From positions 64,914,001 through 64,978,000 of the forward strand of contig OX597822.1 of the NCBI GenBank assembly GCA_951406725.2: a DNA stretch of 64,000 nt, written 5' to 3'. Of this stretch, positions 57,241 through 64,000 are shown piece by piece (position 1 is the first letter of the stretch; each line of letters begins with the position of its first letter). Made by a program: the position numbers and the translations under genes. Origin of the DNA: Octopus vulgaris. Lineage: Eukaryota. The notes beneath the pieces were generated by a model. It did no database searches. It was not told the origin of the DNA and worked only from the letters and a program-made list of their open reading frames with translations.

Positions 57241-58395
57241 AAGAGAGAAAAAAACATGATGAACCGTTAATCTACATATATGTGTGTGTATGTGCGTATA
57301 TATGTATGCATGTGTGTATGTATGTATACGCATGTATATATGCTTATATATGTATATATGTAATATATATGTATATATATGTGTATGTGTGTATATGTGT
57401 ATGTGTATTTATACATACAAGCATAATGCACATTTAGGTAAGATCTTTCACAGTAACTTTTGCTTAAGTAATAAATATTCAGTTTTTGATTTGAGATTGT
57501 TAGTTCTAGAAGTATTCTACTGAAATGGTGAAATTTAGCAGCTGAAGCTAACATTACGGGATAATATTCAATAGTTTTCTGTTTAGGCAGCAATAAATGT
57601 GGAATGCTGCTTAAACATAATGATGGCTATTGCTCATAAATAGTCTCGAGAGTGGATTTTTCTAACGCATGAATAGTGATGATAGATAAATGTTGTGGGT
57701 AGTTATGATTTTGTTTTATGTTAATAAATTTCATCCTATTCACATTCTCGATAAATAAGCGGTTGAAAATCAATAAGGCTTGTTGATAGTTCTGATAATT
57801 GCAGATCACTAGCAGTTGACCGAACGAAGTTTTTACTCAGCTTGAAACAACGTCAAGTTCACCTTCAAAAATATTATTAAAACAAATTAAAAAAAAAAAT
57901 AATAATCAAGGAAATATTGATGAAACATTTATTACTTAACGGCTTCACTTGGATTGGTTATATAACTGAAGAGGATTGTGTGTTGAATTTGGAAATCTTA
58001 TAAAATAAATAGAAGTTTAAATCCAGCTAAGAGAAAACAGCATTTAAAGATAACACATTCGAATTTAAAGAAAGTGAAGAATATTTGAAATGAAAATGTT
58101 TGGAATTGAATGAAAATAAAGGTTATTTTCATTTGTGTCAAAAATCCGTAAATTTTTGTTTTCTTTGTAGAGAATTAGATATCAACTAGGAGTAAACATG
58201 TAAAGCACACACAATTTAAGAAAACTTTAAGTTCTGTGCAAGATAGATAATGGAATGCGAACTAAATGAATAAGATTCTGTTAATAAGTATTGACAGGTC
58301 GTAAGTTTCTAATTACTAAGTGTCCAGGCGTATACGTGAAATGTGAAATGCATTGGAGACACCCAATAAGACGTGTTAAAATTAACTAAACACAC

Positions 58396-59053
58396 GCAAG
58401 CATGGTTGTGTGCTAAGAATTTAGCTCCTCAAGTCACATGGTTCGCAAGTTCGGTTCCACTGCGTGGCACCTTGAGCAAGTATCTTCTACTATTGCTTCA
58501 GGCCGACCAAAGTTTCGTGAGTGGATTTGGTAGACGGAAACTGAAAGAAGCTCGACATATATGGCGGTGCCCCAGCATGGCCACAGCTCATAAGCTGAAA
58601 CTGGAAAAATCAAAATCAAAATCAAAATCATATATATAGGCGCAGGAGTGGCTGTGTGGTAAGTAGCTTGCTAACCAACCACATGGTTCCGGGTTCAGTC
58701 CCATTGCGTGGCATCTTGGGCAAGTGTCTTCTGCTATAGCCCCGGGCCGACCAATGCCTTGTGAGTGGATTTGGTAGACGGAAACTGAAAGAAGCCTGTC
58801 GTATATATGTATATATATATATATGTGTATGTTTGTGTGTGTGTGTTTGTCCCCCTAGCATTGCTTGACAACCGATGCTGGTGTGTTTACGTCCCCGTCA
58901 CTTAGCGGTTCGGCAAAAAAGAGAACGATAGAATAAGTACTGGGCTTACAAAAGAATAAGTCCCGGGGTCGAGTTGCTCGATTAAAAGGCGGTGCTCCAG
59001 CATGGCCACAGTCAAATGACTGAAACAAGTAAAAGAGTAAAAGAGTAAAAGAG
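58396..59053 (+). mobile_element. Two tandem SINE family A copies (deleted 58396-58628; full 58639-59053)
   Basis: Matches family A; (AAAAGAGT)3 tail. Confidence 0.85.
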
Positions 59054-59112
59054 TATATATATATATACACACACATTTCACATTTTTTCTATCCTTGTTT
59101 CTTTCTGTTTTC

Positions 59113-59148
59113 TTTTCTGTGGAAGAGCGTAGGCTCGAAACATTAACG
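59113..59148 (+). ncRNA. Minimal hammerhead-like motif, CUGUGGA core (in family H copy 59071-59238)
   Basis: UUUU CUGUGGA A GAGC guag GCUC GAAAC AUU AACG. Confidence 0.55.
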
Positions 59149-59234
59149 ACTTTTTCAATTCCCGAGCGTTATACTAATACATCTGTTTGTTTTTTACACC
59201 ACCTGTCTTCGACTTTTGTTTTTTCGTAAATTGT

Positions 59235-59322
<88 letters not shown>

Positions 59323-59797
59323 GAGCAAACAATTCACGAGAAAAATAATTCACGAAAAATTAATTTGCGAAAATATTAATTCATTTATTAACTAGTGTAA
59401 CTATTTTAAAAAATGATAATAACAGAATCAATAATATAGGCGATGGCAGGCCTCCAAAAAGCATTAAATAGCTGAAGGATTAAAGTTAAATCAAAGGACA
59501 TACTAAATACATCTACCTGCTGGAAATAACAGTCAAAACGCTCTTATTTAAATCGTCAGAATACATACATACATATATATATATATATGTAGAGAGAGAG
59601 AGAGAGGGGGGAAGAGAGAGCGAGAACAAGAGCGAGAGAGAGAGAGAGGGGGGAAGAGAGAGGCGTGCGCATGTATTTGTGTGTGTGTATGTGTGTTTCT
59701 CTCACTACTACCACCACCGCCACTTCACAACCACTGTTGATATGTTTACGTCCCTGTAACTGCGATTCGGTAAAGTTACGGAGACCGATAGAATATA

Positions 59798-59913
59798 CTT
59801 TATTTACATTATTTACATTTGACGGATATTTTTCCTCATCTTGTTGTTAACGCAACTTTTTGGCTGATATACACACCAGCCTTCATCAGGTGTCTTGGGG
59901 GAAATTTCGAACC
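59798..59913 (-). mobile_element. 5'-truncated copy of the hammerhead SINE with a mutated core
   Basis: Paralog of 12212-12322; GAAAC mutated to AAAAA; (ATGTAAATA)2 tail. Confidence 0.8.
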
Positions 59914-59918
59914 TCTTG

Positions 59919-60221
59919 ACAAGTGGAAACACATGACCTGGTGGTTAGAGTAGCGGACTCGCGGTCGAGGGATCGTGGGTTCGAATCTCAGACCGGGCGA
60001 TGTGTGTGTTTATGAGCGAAACACCTAAGCTCCACGCGGCTCCGGCAGAAGGTAATGGTGAACTTCTGCTGACTCTTTCGCCACAACTTTCTCTCACCCT
60101 TTCCTCCTGCATCTTGCAGCTCACCTGAGACGGACCGGCATCCCGTCCAGGTGGGGAACCTATACGCCAAGGAAACCGGGGAACCAGCGCTTATGAGCCA
60201 GGCATAGCTCGAGAAAGAACT
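59919..60221 (+). mobile_element. tRNA-derived SINE family E
   Basis: TGACCTGGTGG A-box-like, GGGTTCGAATC B-box; possible 9-bp TSD AACCTCTTG at 59910-59918 and 60222-60230. Confidence 0.75.
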
Positions 60222-61269
60222 AACCTCTTGGTGTGTTTTCGTCTCTGTGGACAGATCAAGCACAATGCTTAAAAGAAAAAAATAACTAACATTCTTAGAG
60301 GCTGTGCTCCAGCATGGCCACTGTCTAATGACTGCAACCAGTAAAGGTCACATGAGAGTTCAGATTATCACGTGAAGACATGGAGAGTTTGCATTTAACG
60401 TTATTACTACAGAAATGCATTGGTTATCACGTTTGAGAAACGTTAGCATGTTTTTTTTTTTTTTATCTTTTTGAAGTGCATGAAGAAATTCGCTATTTTT
60501 CTATCTGAACATCATTTTGAACTTTCTGCCAAACTAAAAGATCAGTGTTGAACGAAAAGAAAAATAGAAAAATGAAGAAAAAAAAAAGAAAGAAAAAAGA
60601 ATTTACATATCTTTCTGACGTGTTCACTTACTTGCATGCGATTAATCTTACAGCACAGGATACCAGTATAAAATTTCGAGGTCTGACGTAAAGTAAATTC
60701 AGTTATGCTCAAACTAAAAATCTGGAATGATTCTGCAACTATGAATGTGATGTCAGGTGCTTTGATAACATCAGTACACTACAAAGAAAAAAAAAAAAAA
60801 AACGGGAAAAGTAAATCCCTAAATCAAAATACAAACAATTCACATCTGCAACATTCGTTTGCAAAAAACAAGAAAGTATTTTCCGGTTAAAATTGAAAGC
60901 TTACTTCGGGTTGAAAGCCCATTTATAAACAAGCTGAAGTGAAGCAATATTGTATGGGGGTAGAAAAACCAAATAGGTACCATAATGGATTTTGTCTTAA
61001 AATCAATATTCCAAGGAGTGGAACTGACCAAGTTTTGATTGCATTATCCACGAAGTACCTTCCGAAAAATGCGAGAACGTTAAAAGTACCACTTTGCTTT
61101 CCGAGGACATTTTCAATGGATTCATAATAATTTGGAAATGTGTACATTGCAACTATTTGGTCTCGGGTTCAGTTTCCCTGTGTGGTAACATGGGCAAGGT
61201 ATAAATGTATGTGTGTGTGTGTGTCATTGTCTTTCTAGTCGCAGAAAAAAGTTACTAAGAACTTCAAGA

Positions 61270-61820
61270 TATTTCGCGCGCGTTCTGAGTTCAAATTCCG
61301 CCGATGTCGACTTTGCCTTTCATCCTTTCGGGGTCGATAAATTAAGTACCAGTTACGCACTGTGGTCGATGTAATCAACTTAATCCGTTTCTCTGTCCTT
61401 GTTTGTCCCCTCTGTGTTTAGCCCCTTGTGGGTAGTAAAGAAATAAGTATTTCGTCTGCCGCTACGTTCTGAGTTCGAATTCCGCTGACGTCGACTTTGC
61501 CTTTCATCCCTTCAGGGTCGATAAATTAAGTACCAGTTACACACTGGGGTCGATATAATCGACTTAATCCCTTTGTCCTTGTTTGCCCCCTCTATGTTTA
61601 GCCCCTTGTGGGTAGTAAAGAAATAAGAAACGTTAGCACGCCGGGCGAAATGCTTAGCAGTATGTCATCTGCGTTACATTTTGAGTTCAAATTCCGCCGA
61701 GGTCGACTTTGCCTTTCATCCTTTCGGGGTCGATAAATTAAGTACCAGTTGAGTACTGGGTCAATCTAATCGACTGCCTCTCCCCCCAAATTGCGGGCCT
61801 TGTGCCTAGAGTAGAAAGGT
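61270..61820 (+). mobile_element. SINE family B array (3 units)
   Basis: Junctions AAAGAAATA|AGTATTTCG (about 61445) and AAAGAAATA|AGAAACGTTAGC (about 61625). Confidence 0.88.
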
Positions 61821-62064
61821 TTATTCGTTAAAATTGTTTCTGTACCATCTCTACGCCAGTTTGCGCGGAAATTTGAAGTGAAAAATTTGCGCCATGTTTG
61901 CGGTTTTCGACATTTGAGTGACACCACCTCAACTTGCATCAAAGATGCGCTTTCACACTGTACGTCTTCTAGACATTGTTTCTTGGCTTACATCAGGATG
62001 AAAGTGTGGATAGGAGATGAATAACTAGCGTAGGGATCATGTGTGTGTGTGTGTGGGGGGGGGA

Positions 62065-62182
62065 ACAGGGAGCGATGTGAAATAAGGTGTCTTGCACATG
62101 GAAACGACGCGCTGCCAAGATTCGAAACGACGACATTACGACCATGGATCGAACACCTTAACCACTAAGCCACGCACCTCCA
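62065..62182 (-). mobile_element. Decayed tRNA-derived SINE head
   Basis: Minus: GGAGGTGCGTGGCTTAGTGGTTAAGG...GTTTCGAATC. Confidence 0.55.
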
Positions 62183-62580
62183 CACTTTACACACTTAACG
62201 GCAGAAACTGACTAACTTACAGGTACATTTTGTGAAGCGATGTATTAAGATTAACGCATATGTAGATAGCTTTATAAACACACAAACGGATACACGCAGA
62301 CTCAAGCACATATATACATACACAAACAGATGCAAACACACACACACACACACACACATGGATGTGTGCAAAATCTTGCAGTATGGGTTTTCTTTTTACT
62401 TATTCTTTGCGTTCTTTTTTTTTTACGCTTGAATATTTAGCTTTGTCTTAAGGCAATAAATCGTGCCGCGAAGTAACAGAACAGCGGTGCCGCCCCTTTG
62501 CCCCCTCCCCTCACAATTGCCTCTGTCACCGAAAGAAATAAATGAATACTTGTACGCATGTATGAATGTATGTTTGTCTG

Positions 62581-62653
<73 letters not shown>

Positions 62654-62665
62654 CTATCTTTGTAT

Positions 62666-62720
<55 letters not shown>

Positions 62721-63502
62721 TGTATGTGTATGTATTTTTTTTTGTGTGTGTGTGTGTGTATCACAGCTTGTCCGTTCCCCTCGCCACTGTGTCCTTCAAA
62801 ATAAATTGACAAATAATCACATGTCCTCGTGATGCTTTCAACAACAAACTTTTGTCTCAGCGACACTCGATAGACGTAGAAAAAAAAAAAGAAAAAAAAA
62901 GAAACGAAAACCAACGCCGTAAAAAAAAAAGCAGAACGCCGACAACAACAACAACAACAGCAAACATAAAGATAATAACAATAATGAAAGAATAAAAATA
63001 TACAGCAGTGACATCAACAACAATCAAAGCAACAACAACAATACAAAAAGGAAAAAAAAATCAAAAAGCATAATGAAAGACAAGACTTCAGCAATAACAA
63101 CACCAATATCTACGATTCATACTACAAGATAACAACAGCTAAAACCAACCCCCATTCTCCCGTCCTACCCATTCTTATTCTGAATCCCCCATACGTGAAA
63201 AAACGAAAGAAAGAAAGAAATATTTGGTTTTTTGACACGAGGTACAAGAAGAATTACATGAAAATGATTTAGCTAAACTAAATAGCTGGAGAGCAGCAAT
63301 TTAATCTTGGCTCCTTGAATGGTGTATGTATCATTAGACAGCTCTAAATCCTACGTAATTGACCTTTTCAGTGCTTAACAGTCGTGGACCAGGAAGGAGG
63401 GTTTGCTTTCAGCGGTATAAAGGGTTTCGAAGATGGAAAGTACGTTGTTTGTAGAGTATTGGGTAGGTAGATCAGAAGGATTTGTACGTAAGGAACATGT
63501 AA

Positions 63503-63544
<42 letters not shown>

Positions 63545-63713
63545 GGGAAAGAGGAGGAGTTGTAGAGTTATTGCGAGAATGAACGGCGAATGAGTTATAG
63601 AGATAGACACAATGAAGTAGTAGAGTGAATATATGTACACACACACACACAAGTTTGTATGTTTGTGTGTATCTATGCATGTACGTTTATATATTATATT
63701 TATAAATATACTT

Positions 63714-63770
63714 ATATATATCCACACATATGTATGTACACACACGTATATATAGGTATGTATACATATA

Positions 63771-63853
<83 letters not shown>

Positions 63854-63908
63854 CATATATACATACCTATATATACGTGTGTGTACATACATATGTGTGG
63901 ATATATAT
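63714..63908. repeat. Perfect ~50-bp inverted repeat around (TA)n
   Basis: ATATCCACACATATGTATGTACACACACGTATATATAGGTATGTATA and its exact reverse complement at about 63858-63908. Confidence 0.85.
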
Positions 63909-64000
63909 TTATATATATATATATATATATATATAAGGAAAATAAGAAAAAGGAAGTAAGTAAAGCTAGAAAGAAAGAAAAAAGAAAGAGAAATTACGAA

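Noticed and set aside
57961-58002. TATAA CTGAAGA GGATT..AATTT G GAAA TC TTATA
   Set aside because: Helix III is absent and stem II relies on G-U pairs; compatible with chance in AT-rich DNA
59925-60000. tRNA-like sequence (also 12466-12538 and about 19660-19730)
   Set aside because: Acceptor stems do not pair and the sequence continues into SINE bodies; these are SINE heads, not tRNA genes

Overview
AT-rich, microsatellite-saturated animal genomic DNA that is mostly non-coding. The repeat content suggests an octopus/coleoid genome, but that is inference. Almost all ORFs in the track are translations of simple repeats, and no intact protein-coding gene is supportable. The window contains about 20 copies of one tRNA-headed SINE with an internal (TA)n/(TG)n tract (family A) and many copies and arrays of a second tRNA-headed SINE (family B) that inserts into its own copies. 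It also has other tRNA/CORE-type SINEs, a ~550-bp (TAA)n-flanked non-coding element (C), MITEs, and decayed fragments of R4/Dong-like, RTE-like, mariner and Tc1-like transposons. The main hidden signal is about ten minimal type-I hammerhead ribozyme motifs (intact or decayed) from several unrelated sequence families, with palindromic helix III as in Penelope-like elements. One sits at the 3' end of a tRNA-headed SINE-like element (12212-12625). A three-copy family carries a non-canonical CUGUNGA core. A degenerate bHLH-like remnant lies at about 46.0-46.2 kb.
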